Source of the DNA: Lepidodermella squamata
Taxonomy: Eukaryota; Animalia; Gastrotricha
Direction: 5' to 3'
Assembly (NCBI GenBank): GCA_047495785.1
Contig: JBLDXI010000019.1
Span: forward strand, 2,232,001 to 2,296,000
DNA: 64,000 nucleotides
Positions 12,601-23,865 of the stretch are shown one piece after another. Numbering within the stretch: the stretch's first letter is position 1; every line of letters begins with the position of its first letter. The position numbers and the translations under genes were made by a program. A model generated the notes under the pieces. It was not told the origin of the DNA and made no database searches. It was given only the letters and a program-made list of their open reading frames with translations.

Positions 12601-12930
12601 AAGTGTGACAAAAATCTCGCTAGAAGCTAGAAATTTAACAAATTAACTCTCTCAAAGTCAGAGAATTCGCTCAAAATTTCACATTTTAAAGATCAAGTGA
12701 CGATCTAGCATCGATTTCAGCTCAAGCTGCGTAAGAAGTATGGCCAAAACTTCGATTGTAATAATATGCATTATCGCATCAAAATTATTTCATATTATTT
12801 TGAAATTCAACAATGCCAAAATTTAGTATTCAATTTTCATTAAAGAAATTTAAATTTAAAATTAAAACGTAGGATTAAAAAACTCACGTTCCAACGTTGC
12901 TTCGTCGAATGAAACCGCTTGTTTCGTCAT
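9629..12930 (-). CDS. Calmodulin-like EF-hand protein (CALML4-like), 2 exons
   Basis: Exon 1 12888..12930 (MTKQAVSFDEATLE, phase-1 GTGAG donor) joins exon 2 at 10134 (QFKDCFLLY...IMRSLG...LDFPAF...AFKAID...GEKL..EV..LLREA). Intron 10135..12887 lies at the usual calmodulin phase-1 position. Confidence 0.75.
10344..11964 (+). pseudogene. Tandem degenerate units of a coiled-coil gene family nested antisense in the CALML4 intron
   Basis: Repeated modules: heptad EEQKRQA or RAGF.RMAEEM repeats, then SAAVAGLxxERRASPQ and a GTAAG donor. Duplicated downstream exon-like blocks are preceded by TGTTTTCGCTTTTA..GGCAG. Frameshifts and stops present. Confidence 0.55.
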
Positions 12931-13375
12931 TTTTACGGCCAAACGAACTTTTCAAAAGCTCTAAAAACAATTGAAACAGTTTGTTAGCTTGTATAACAGG
13001 GAATGATATTTCTTTGTAAATAACGTTTTTTTGGTCATGTTTATAATTCTCTCTTTTGGCTATACGCAAGGCAGTGCATAACAGCAGGTTACAAGGCTGT
13101 ATAACAATATAACATCGTAAAATATCAAGTTGAAATTTTTAGCGCCTTTGGACAACACGATAATCCATCACCGTCATAAATAATAATCGAAAATGTGCAT
13201 GAATGATCGAATCAAGTTTTATAACAGTTTAATTTCAGGATTGTACCTATATATAAATCCTTCACAAAGATTTGTCGAGAATCACGTGATAGTAAAAGAA
13301 GCTGAAAGTTTTTATATAACGTTGTAGTTTTTTCATCTCACATAAAATTATTTGTCAGGTTTTTTTATCGTTTCC

Positions 13376-14432
13376 TTAATACGTGAAACGTTGAGAGGCT
13401 TCATAGCCCAGTTTGTCCAGAGCCGGGTCAACAGCGAATTTCATCATAGGCGGAGGCCCGCAAGACAAAACGAGGACTCCATCGCCCGGGGGTGGCAAAT
13501 GCCCAGCCAACATATCGGAATTAACAAAGCCAATATCGAAGGGCCAGTCCGCGTCCAGAGTCTTGCGATCAATCGTGTACCAAACGTGCAATTGCTGCGG
13601 GTGTTTCGCGGCCAAGTCGTCGATTTCCTTTCGCAGTAGAATATCATTCTCAGTCTGATTCGCATAGACCAGCCACAACTCAGTTTTGTCCTTATAAGCC
13701 CGTTTCAACACATCACGGATGATTTGCAGCATGGGCGTAATACCCGAACCACCGGCGATAAGACCAACTTTCTTGGCGATTCTCTTGGTAGCCGGGGTCT
13801 TCTTGTCGGGTTTGATCGCGAAATTGCCCAGGCCTTCGTAGATCAACAGCCCATTCGGGCCGCGAATGTCGATCGAATCACCGATTTTCATGTCGTTCAT
13901 GTACTGCGTTAATTTGCCGCCGTCTGGGAATTTAGGGTGGATGTTCTTGAAGTAGACTTTGATAACGAGATCAACATAGCCCACGTCGTCGTCGCTTGAA
14001 ACCGGGGTGTAGGCTCGAACCACCAAATCGCCGTTCACTTTGGCCGAGAAGAACAAATGTTGGCCAATCGGCAGACCGAGAATCATATCAGGCTTAGGCA
14101 GGGCAAACCGGAAACGGCGGGTATCATGAGTAATTTCTTCGCGCTGAAATAAAGAGAAATTGAAAACAAAATTACAACGAAAAATAGAGGTGAACAAAAA
14201 AAGAAATTAAAAAGTTGACAAAACAAGGAATTGATTTACTCACCTCGATCAGCTTGACGGCGTATTTGACGTTCGGGTCGAGCAGAAGCTTTTCCCGTTT
14301 CTGCGAATTATTATTATCAGAGTTAGACCCGAAAAATCGTTTTAACAACACAACGACAACAGAAACTCCTAGAACTACGGCACACGCAATTACCGTGGTA
14401 TTAGAAGATTCTGGCGTAGTTCCAGTTGCCAT
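13376..14432 (-). CDS. NADH-cytochrome b5 reductase (CYB5R1/2/3 family), 2 exons
   Basis: N-terminal TM anchor; HDTRRFRFALP, LGLPIGQH, RAYTPVSSDDD, GLIAGGSGITPMLQ, CGPPPMM, FTY*. Confidence 0.95.
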
Positions 14433-14786
14433 TATATGACAAAAATCTAGGAGGAAAAAGAGACATTTTAGTAAAAAATTGACACCAAAGAATTGCATTT
14501 TTTAGGCTCGAGCAGTTACAATACGTTATATTATTAAATAAGCAGTTAATATATCATTTTCGTCTTTGGTAGCCAAAGCCAGTGAATATCATACAACACC
14601 GTATAATATACGATAACATGCAAAACCTGGAGTGTTTTCACCACGAAATGTTGCTGATTATTTCAGATGCACAACGCCCTAGAGTAATACTCGAAAGAAA
14701 AGTAGAACAAAGCGGCAGTAAAACCCGCGTTTAATTTCGTAGTTTTTCTTTGGTCACTCTGAGATTGTCAGCCTGATGATTATCTC

Positions 14787-16300
14787 TCACTCGAAAAATG
14801 TGACCAAGACCATTAGGCCGACACCGGTGAGCAGGGAGAACAGCTGCATGATCGCTTGCTTCAAGTTAGCCCCGCTATCAAGCAATTCAGGTAGAACTGA
14901 GACCGTGGCGATGTAAATGAAACCGCCAGCTGTGAAGGGTAGGATCCAGGCAACAGCGCCGGAAGTTGCGCCCAAGCCCAGCGAAATAATCGTGCCAAGA
15001 AGAGCGCCGATCGCGGTAACAAGTTGAAGTCCGATAGCCTGTGAAAAAATAGTTATGATCAACTGTGCTACAGAAAGCGAAGTGAACAAACCTTCCACTT
15101 AGAGCAGCCAGCTTTTAGTAAAATGGCATAATCACCAATTTCGTGGGGAATTTCGTGAAGAATAACTGTAACGGCAGTTAGAATACCAATGCTATCGCCG
15201 ACTAGGAAACCAGCACCAACAGCTAGGCCATCGGTGAAATTGTGAGCGAAATCAGCAGCCAGATTCAGGTAAGCCGCGACACGCATATCGCGAGATTCAA
15301 CCGGCTTTTCAACAGTTCCACAGTCGGAATCCTTGTCCTTGTCATCTTTATCCGAGCTTTCGTCCGTCGCCTTGTGTTTTGCCACGTGAGCAGAAGACTT
15401 TGTCTCCTGGTCGCTAGGTGGCTGAGAACGGTTGCGAGAATTGGTGCGGCGACGGGTTGAGGCAGAATCAGAGTCCTCAGCTTCGTTTTTCGATCGTTTC
15501 TGAGGAGGAGCGGCAATTGGGGAGTCGTTGACACCTTTTGTTTCAGCCGCAGCGTGTTCATGCGAATGGGAATGGCTGTGACCATGGCCGAGACCGGCTC
15601 GGCTACGGAAAGCACGCATCAGAACTTCAACAAGCAAAAAAGCTAGAATTCCAGAAAGAACCCAAGCTCCGATTCCGATGTGGGCAGCGTGGAAAGCATC
15701 GTCGCCATGAGAATGCCCGTGAGCATGAGAATGAGCGTGACCACCATGACCGCTGGATTCTGGGGGCGGGCCGACTTCCATAACGGCATGGGGGATAAGA
15801 TGCAAGAACGCATCACCTAGTAAACCTCCAGAAGCAAAGCTGAGCAAGTATTCAAGAAAGGTCTTATGCTTCTCGGTGTTGTCAACGTTGATGAAAAACA
15901 GGATGACAAGAGGGGCACAACTGATAGCAAATACGGATATTATAGCCTTGATCCAAACATCGCTAGTCGTTCTCTCCGCTGCGGCTCCTTTGCCTGCTGC
16001 TTCCGTGCCATGTGAATGACTATGACCATGAGCACCATGACTATGGCCGTGACCGCCAGCATTTGCTTTAGGCTTAGCAGCAGCGGGGGGCTGATTGGCT
16101 TGCTTCGAGTATTTAAACGACGGAGCTTCATCGTGAGAATGACCATGCCCTCCGTGGTCGTGTGCGTGACCGTGATTATCATGAGAATGACCGTGTCCCC
16201 CTTGACTGTTTGAATTCGGACATTGAGCCAATACTATCAAGAGAAACAAGCTCCAAGTGATAATTCTCAAAGACGAGGAGTAGCCACGTGCACCAGCCAT
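14787..16300 (-). CDS. SLC39A7: Zinc transporter ZIP7 / Catsup (LIV-1 family), 2 exons
   Basis: Signal peptide, His-rich GHGHSH repeats, [66 protein letters not shown]. Confidence 0.95.
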
Positions 16301-17618
16301 AATTAAAGTCTAAGTAAATCAAGGCACAGGTGAGCTGATGAGAACTAAAAAGTGGGTTGTTGGTTCTACACGCGGTTCTCAGAAATAATGAGCCATCAAT
16401 CCATTAATAGTGCTACTATTGCACTATATTTCGGTAAAAATAGAGTGAGTACGGCAAATAAAAACCAGCTACAGCGTACGGTGACCAGGACATAATCGCC
16501 GCGAAGCGCTCCGCGCGACCCTAGCATGCAACTGTGCAACTTTGCGGTCCTAGATTCGGTCGCCGACCTAAACTCTAAACGCCTTCAACGCTTCCCCCAT
16601 GAAGAACCATACCCCGCATGGCCTACATTAAAATCTTAAAAAGAAGTTGCCATGTAATGAATGACAGCAAAAACTAACAAGATTGTTATTATGTTAAAAT
16701 ATTATTAGAAACAAGTGTCAAAACATATTGAATAAAATTTGGCGCTAACTAGGTCGCTGATAGAAATGAATGACAGATTGGGAGAGAGAGTTTTGGACGA
16801 TAGTTTCCAAGTTAAGGTCGAAGGGCTGACGGTTGACTGAGTAGAGCTGAGCGAGCGGGCATGATATGGAGTCACATGAGGCATATCCGCTATTTTTATG
16901 ACTTCCACCTTCCACTTGGCTTAAATCCGAAACACAGTCCTTCTGGACAACAGATTAGCACAAAGGCTCATTTTCTTGCTTGCTTAGCAACTTCTCGCGG
17001 TTAATGTCTGTCAAAAGCTGTCGATAAGTCTACTAATATAGCTTATACTCTCTGATTTATTTTCTAACCAATAGGCCAACTTCGTTTGAACCTCAATTGA
17101 GAATATGGGAAAGCCCCTTTCTGAAAGCCAAACCGGATTTTTTCAACCCTTTTACCACTAGAAGAGTTCCTTTTTCAGCCGGCTGTCTAGAACTATCGAA
17201 AGTATCTTTGCAGGTAGCGATATACAAAATTCAAATTCAGCTATGCTTATGCAGTTGTAGCAACGTCGAGTCTTCCATGAAAAGAAAACAGTTGTTGCAT
17301 TTTCTCAATTTATTCAGAAACTAAATTAAAATGGTTCGTCCATCTTCAGACCGAAACTTATCAACAAAGATTTAGGTTGGTAGTAGCAATATAGGTAACT
17401 ATTTGTAATCACTCGGATCGCCGTGCACCAACTGTGAAGCCGACGCAGCCAGTCCCCTGCGTAGGGAGCACCTTCATGAATCTGTGAGCAGTTTCGCGGA
17501 GCCATCTTGTCCAAGTTCAAAGTTCAGTATTTCTGATTATCAGCGTAGCTTAAACCTTCAGCACTCTTTCAGAGCAATGACAAAGTTCTTACGTTCTTGC
17601 TATAGATCTCATTAAATT

Positions 17619-18056
17619 ATGGCTAAAAAAGTTTTAGCCGCTGCTGGTTTAATAATATATCGCGGCAAATCGTTAAGTTCACTTCGCTATTTACTGCTTC
17701 AAACTAGTTATGGAGAGCGTCATTGGACCCCGCCGAAAGGTCACGTTGATCCGGGTGAGCAGCTCATGGAAACTGCGATTCGTGAAACCGTCGAAGAGGC
17801 TGGTTTGTCCCAAGAGTCGCTTCATATTGACCGAGAATGCAGTCCAATAGAGCTGAAGTATGAGGTCAGAGGTATGCCAAAGACCGTGACATACTGGCTG
17901 GCTCAAGTTGATGAAGCTGCTTCGATACGGCTTTCACATGAACATCAAGACTTTAGATGGTGCGAAATTGAGGAAGCATGTAATTTAGTAGGTTACATAG
18001 ACACACAAAATGCCTTGCGCACTGCCCATTCTTATTTAATTGGTAAATTAAAATGA
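17619..18056 (+). CDS. NUDT2: Asymmetrical Ap4A hydrolase (Nudix)
   Basis: AAGLIIYR, LLLQTSYG..HWTPPKGHVDPGE...TAIRETVEEAGL (full Nudix box), KTVTYWLA, LSHEHQDFRW. Confidence 0.93.
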   Translation: MAKKVLAAAGLIIYRGKSLSSLRYLLLQTSYGERHWTPPKGHVDPGEQLMETAIRETVEEAGLSQESLHIDRECSPIELKYEVRGMPKTVTYWLAQVDEAASIRLSHEHQDFRWCEIEEACNLVGYIDTQNALRTAHSYLIGKLK

Positions 18057-18107
18057 ACTCACATGTATGTAATGTAAAACTTTATTTTAGACATTTAAAA
18101 TTTGAAG

Positions 18108-18563
18108 ATGACGAGTGCGAGCGCCGACTCGCCTTATTCTGTGGGGGTGATAGTCTACCGGCTCAAGGATAAGAACATTCAATACTTATTGCTGAAGAAG
18201 GCTGGTGACGTTTGGGAACCTCCGAAAGGGCGAATCGACCCCGGCGAAGAGCCTTTCGCCGCCGCCATGCGCGAAACATTCGAAGAAGCCGCTCTTAGCG
18301 CGGAGCAACTTATGCTGGAGCGTGAATTCGAGCCTGTCTCGGTCAATTACAAAAAGCGCATACTCGGAACTCCAAAAATTTCGCGGTTTTGGTTGGCGAA
18401 AATCGACCCTGAAACGGAGGTTCGGATCTCTCATGAGCACGAAGATTTTCGGTGGTGCTCTTTTGACGAAGTAATTCAACTAATCAGACCCGGTTTCGGC
18501 GATATCCTCGTTAAAGCTGATGCTTTCCTTCAAACACATCGGCCATCTCCGATATCCTCCTAG
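18108..18563 (+). CDS. NUDT2-like Nudix hydrolase, tandem divergent paralog
   Basis: WEPPKGRIDPGE...AMRETFEEAAL, FWLA, ISHEHEDFRW; ATG 18108 follows a TTTTAG acceptor at 18090. Confidence 0.88.
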   Translation: MTSASADSPYSVGVIVYRLKDKNIQYLLLKKAGDVWEPPKGRIDPGEEPFAAAMRETFEEAALSAEQLMLEREFEPVSVNYKKRILGTPKISRFWLAKIDPETEVRISHEHEDFRWCSFDEVIQLIRPGFGDILVKADAFLQTHRPSPISS

Positions 18564-18971
18564 TGGAAATGTGAGTATTGGAATCTCGCGCATTCTATCT
18601 CTTCCTGACAATTTCTCGCCTTCGAACTTGCTGCACTAGTTTGCACAACTAGTCAGAAAATGATGATGAAATAGCTCGTATAATACTGTTTCTAGTTGTA
18701 ATTTCCTGTATTTTTATGACTTTATTTCTGGCTTACTAAAGCACTGTGTGCTGTGTATTGTCCCGTTCGTCTGACTAACTAGTACTAAAATAGTACATGA
18801 CTGTGCGCTCATTAAAAATCTGTGTATTTTTTGTAAGTTATTCACGTATTTTCTTTTCATTTCTCAACTTTATACAATCAGTATAATATGAATATTGCTG
18901 CGAGGGCAAATAAATCGAATCGATGAATGGCATAATTTCCAGTGTTTTTTCCTGTTTAGTATTTACTTTGA

Positions 18972-21900
18972 ATGACTGAAAAATCGAAAAAAGATGAGCC
19001 GAAGCTATCAAGTACTACGGTTCGTTTTACGAATGTTGCCGCCTGAATAACCATTGCAAAGTTGGCGAATAATTTCAGATTGTTGACTTGAAGAATGAGC
19101 TGTATCGAAAGCGATCAGAATTTGATTATCAGAAGGTCTCTTCCTCAAATAATCAGGTTACGCAGAAGGTGCGGTTGATTTTCAATTCGAAGATTGTCAA
19201 ATTTATTTCTAAAAATTTCCCGCAGAAATTGCATGAAATTTTGAAGCAAGGCGCTGAAGATTTCAAGAAAAAACCTACGCCTTCAGCTTCCAGACGAGAA
19301 AGGTCACCTGAACCTGCTGAGCCAGAAAGTGAAGCGTTAGCTAAATCAAGGTTAAATTTGAAAATTAGCGATTCCTAAAATAATTATCAATTTGGAAATT
19401 TAGGGCTGCCCTTGAAAAGAAAGCTGCGCTATACGAACGTTTGGCTAGAGGGGAAAGAGACAGCTACATTGATCTGGACGATGACGACGAAGAAGGCTAC
19501 TTGGTCGATTTCGATCGCAAAGTTGTTCACGACCGCCACGAGTCTTCGTCTTCTAGCCGGAGAAACTACGACGAAAAAGATGACGATCGACCCAGTGGAG
19601 CGAATTCGTCTGATTACAAAGATGATGAATGGTTGATTTACTAAAATATAAAATTTCTTAATTTCAAAGTTCATCCTACCAGGACTGATTACGTTGATAA
19701 TCGCGGCGTGAAACGGCGGTGCCTAAAAACAGATCTCGAGGAACTGAGGAATCAACAAAAAAGAATTCGCACCGAGGATCAACTGGAAGCAATGTAAAAC
19801 ACACTTTGAAATATTTTCTAATTTTATTTACGATTTCCCCCTATTTGCAGCTCAAAACGATCCGATTTACTAAGTCGTGATGATATGCGCGAACTTGAAA
19901 GGTAAATATGAAATTTTCGATATTTTTATTAGTATAAAATTGAAAATAAGATGACCGACAGCACGTGGAAATAAAAGTCTTTAGATTTTGAAGTTAAAAT
20001 ACAGATGTTGGAAGGATAATAAATTAGTAGCAAAACGAAGCATATAGCGATAAAGAATCTCGTTTTGCAATCTCTATGGGCCATACGCCGTTCGAAAGAT
20101 CAAAAGACGGAAAATTTCGTACAATAACTTCTGCGCTTTCATCTTTCGGCGCTGCAAAGCTATTCCGAAAGTACCGTGGTATTTTGAGTAAATTTCATTG
20201 AATTGAAAACGAGCTTTTATTTTCATATCCTTCACTTCATAAGTTTCGATAATAAAAGCTATAAAACAGCAAACAGCAGAATTAAAAAAGAATCGCAAAT
20301 GTGACTGATTTAAGGGTTCGGCTAGGGGCTTTTTAAAGAAATTAGGCAAAATGCGCTTTAATTGATTTTTTTTCGACCGGCGTGTTAGCACTTCGCCCAT
20401 GTCAAAACGTGCGAGCCGTTTTTCGGTTTCAGAGCTCAGCGGGCCGAAGAAACCGAATGGCCCCAAAAACCCTTCGATACGTGTCTTCTTTCTTGTTTGG
20501 TAAAACACAGTATGGTAGAGGAACAGTTGTCTCGCCAATTACTGCATGGGCGGTATATAATTGGAAAAATAATTTTGGAGCAATTTTGAATGTCCGGTCT
20601 GAGGAAAAGATACGGCTTTCAACCATCCGATCAAGATTACGCTCAGTGCCGAAAATAAAAAATCTCTCTGGGTCATCCAATCAGTTCCTAGTTTCGAAAG
20701 TTCTCACTGCACACCACTGAATCGATATTTGGTTTCTGGAAATATGGCGTGAATATGGCGTGCGGTGTTTTCGTTTAATTTCGTGGTTTGAAAGTTGAAA
20801 GGAGTCAAGACGAAAGAGTTAAGAGGAGAACGAACGGGAGACGAAGTAATTCTTATGATATTAGATGCGATGGTTTTCCTGAAGGAGCTGAACAGAGAAG
20901 GATTGGAAGAATATCCCTACAGTCCTCACAGATATTTCTGAATGATTAGAGCTGCGTAAAATCGGAAAAGCCCTTCGGAATTCGAACATTTATTCGGAGG
21001 TCATGACGATAAGAAAAAAATATGAATTTTTTGTGCCATCGGTTTGGTAGAAATCACCCATCAAATGACACACAATACTTGGTACTTGAAGCCAAAAAAT
21101 TTCCGAAGGTTCCGGGCAAATTATCGAGTCATAATCGGCACTTCAATCTAATTATCGTTACGAATGATAGTGGAATGGGCTTGGGAACTGTCCCTTTAGC
21201 AATGAAACTTTGCTTAATAGAAAAATATTCGTAGAAACTAGAAACTACAGTGGAACCCCGATTTCCCGTCACCTGATTTTCCGTCTGACGGGAAATCGCG
21301 ACATGTAAATATTTAGGAGCGACTTGACCTAGATTTCCTACCTAGATTTCCCGTCAATTTTGATTTCACGTCAGGATTTTCGTGGAACTGCAGAAGACGG
21401 GAAATGGGGGTTCCACTGTACTAAAATTGAAATCGAATTTGGGAAAATTGAAATATACAATTATTAATATTATTTATTGATTATTTCCAATGTCTTGGAG
21501 ATGATCAAAGAAGTGCTTAGTAATTGCATGAGCTGCGGCGGTTAAAATTACTGGAATATATTTGCCTTGGTTAACCGATGCGTTTTTAGAATTTTAGGCT
21601 TGGGCAGACATGCAAAAATTGTGCCTTTATCCTGGCCAGAATTATTGTCGGATCTTTCAAGTCACATTTTATAGATTTTCTGATGAACAAAGTCACACTC
21701 TGATATTTTCCCAGTCTATCCGAGTAACTATTCATAAGCTTGGAACTATAATTAGTTGAAGCCCGTGCATGATGTTTTTAGTTTCATCTCAGGAAACTCC
21801 AAACCGTGTTCAACTTCATAATATCAATGTATTTTTTGGCTTATGGGACACGATGTATTTAGGCGATGTATAATTCAATCGCTTATTCTTATTGTGCCGG

Positions 21901-22837
21901 TTCCTTTCGCTACCCCTTTAAATAACGTTTAATTTCTTCGTAGACAACGCTGGGAAACGAGGGCAAAGGAAGAGCTCAACTCCGATGACTACACCTACGA
22001 TTACGGGCAAGGCGACGAAGACGACACGGGTGATTTCGAACCTAGAAAACCCGTCGGCCCGGTTCACTACTCGCAATTAGCTTCAAATGGTACGTTGGCT
22101 CTCATCCTTGTATACTAATAGACCAGCACGACTTTTCTTCTAAAAATCGAGTACAGGAATAAGATAATTCAGCTTCTTTTATTACTATTCCTTTTCATTT
22201 AGAAACTCGTCCTCATGGCGTCGGCTATTTCGCTTTCTCAGCTGACGAAACTGAACGCCAGCAGCAAATGGAGGCGCTTAACAAATTGCACGATCAGGTA
22301 TAAAAAACGAAAGAAAAAGTCGAATAATCAAGATTTCATTTATGCCAAAACTGCCAAAAACTCGACTGATTAATGCGAGTGATTGCGTGTTTTTTCTGCT
22401 TAACAGACCGCGGATCAACGGCGTAGAGCCGCCGGGGTGAAAGCGTCACGCGAGGCTCTTAAACAAGCTAGATTGGCCAAAGTGTTGGAAAGGCGTAAAC
22501 AACAACTGCCTGAGCCTAGCGAGAATCCTGAGCCAAACGAAGAGGAAAAAGTTGAAAGCGAAGAGCCCGAAATCTCGAAAACCATCGCGAAGGACACAAC
22601 GGGGTTAACCTGGCCGAAAACTCATCAACAAAGAGACTGGGACCGAGGGAAAAATCGTAAGGAAAATTGGAGAAAAAACTAGACAAGTTCGAAATTTTTG
22701 TTTCAGTTCCAAGTTCTAGTTCTAGCTCTAGTGCTTGGAATCGTGTTGTTGAAGAAAGGCGAGGCGAGCGCCCGACCGAGTTTGCACCGCCGACATCGTA
22801 TAAACGGCCAACGTCATCAAGTGGCGGCAAAAAATGA
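18972..22837 (+). CDS. CCDC174: Coiled-coil domain protein 174 (10 exons)
   Basis: IVDLKNELYRK, LEKKAALYERL..G, YLVDF..K, WTDYVDNRG..RRC, GPVHY, GVGYFAFS.DE.ER, RDWDRGK, ERPTEFAPP; all GT-AG introns. Confidence 0.85.
20400..20880 (-). mobile_element. Mutator/MULE transposase remnant in the CCDC174 intron
   Basis: RFFIFGT..NL...SD(R)TFKIAPKLFFQLYTAH....PLPYCVLPNKKEDTYRRVF matches the MULE DGTF..P..FxQLYTIH / LPNK...Y segment; interrupted by stops. Confidence 0.75.
21248..21418. mobile_element. Tc1/mariner/pogo-type MITE (171 bp)
   Basis: TIRs CAGTGGAACCCCGATTTCCCGTC ... GACGGGAAATGGGGGTTCCACTG, with TA on both flanks. Confidence 0.85.
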
Positions 22838-23865
22838 GCCAGGTACGCAATTTATTTTCACCGGCGACCATTTTGCTTGAGCATTTTTTATTGCTGTAAT
22901 TGCAGGTTTTTTGTTTTTCTCGGCTGTGCACGTGATACGAAGGAAAGCGCGCCACGACTGCTGATGAATGTTTTGGGCCTGATGAAAAACCATTTAATCT
23001 TTTCTATTATTTTAATTATTGAAGCGAATAAAGAAATTCTGGGTGATTCCCGGGTAACTGTGATGACGCGTTGTATAATTAGAGGCTGTGTGAAACATTT
23101 AGAAAGGGCTCCAGCAAATGTGCGCCAACTAATATCGATGAAGACCTCTCAGAAGAGTAGATGAAAAAATTCAGATGACATCAGACTTAGGCTGATGAAG
23201 CCCAGTGCCGCTCTAAAAATTGGAAGTGATTTTCTAGTCCAATGAAGCCTATGAAGTGAAAATCCATGAAAAAATTGATCATGAAAAATCGGCAAAGTCA
23301 AAGAGGCCTCATTTGGGGACAGAAAAGCTATCCTGAACATTTCGAAAATCGATTTTTACTAGACGAAATGTCACATTTCAGTATAAAAATGATCAAAAAT
23401 CGGTTTGCATTGGCCAATACAGATCAAATAAAAAAATAACGAGATTCGGCTGCGACTTCCAGAGAATCACCCATCCACTGTTTTTTGACCCTGTGAATCA
23501 AGGAAATTTATTTTTCCACTCTGCTAAGACCTGATAATTCGCCAAAATGAGTAGCACAAATAAAACAATAAAACAAAATGCCTCAGCCCATATTTGGCTG
23601 CTTATTACCGTTAACCCGCATTTCCTATTTCCATTTTCCTGGCTGAAGATCAAGATATTACCCACCCAATCTTTCCAATTGGTAACAATCACTTTTCAAC
23701 CGACAGGGTTCATATTTTAATTTACGACTTGCGGCATCCTCCAAATAAACACCAACAAAGGCTATCATTTCACGTTTTATTTTTATTTATTTTATGGCAC
23801 ACTCGTTTTTTGACGATGACTCGAAGCAGAACAATTTTTTCGGAATTAAATGACAATTCATTCAT

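Noticed and set aside
18042-18107. Cis-intron fusing the two Nudix ORFs into one protein
   Set aside because: GTAAAT (18042) spliced to either AG (18090 or 18107) gives an immediate stop or a frameshift.
23498-23770. Small minus-strand ORFs downstream of POLR3B as a further cistron
   Set aside because: Short, no recognisable motif, and no consistent splice path.
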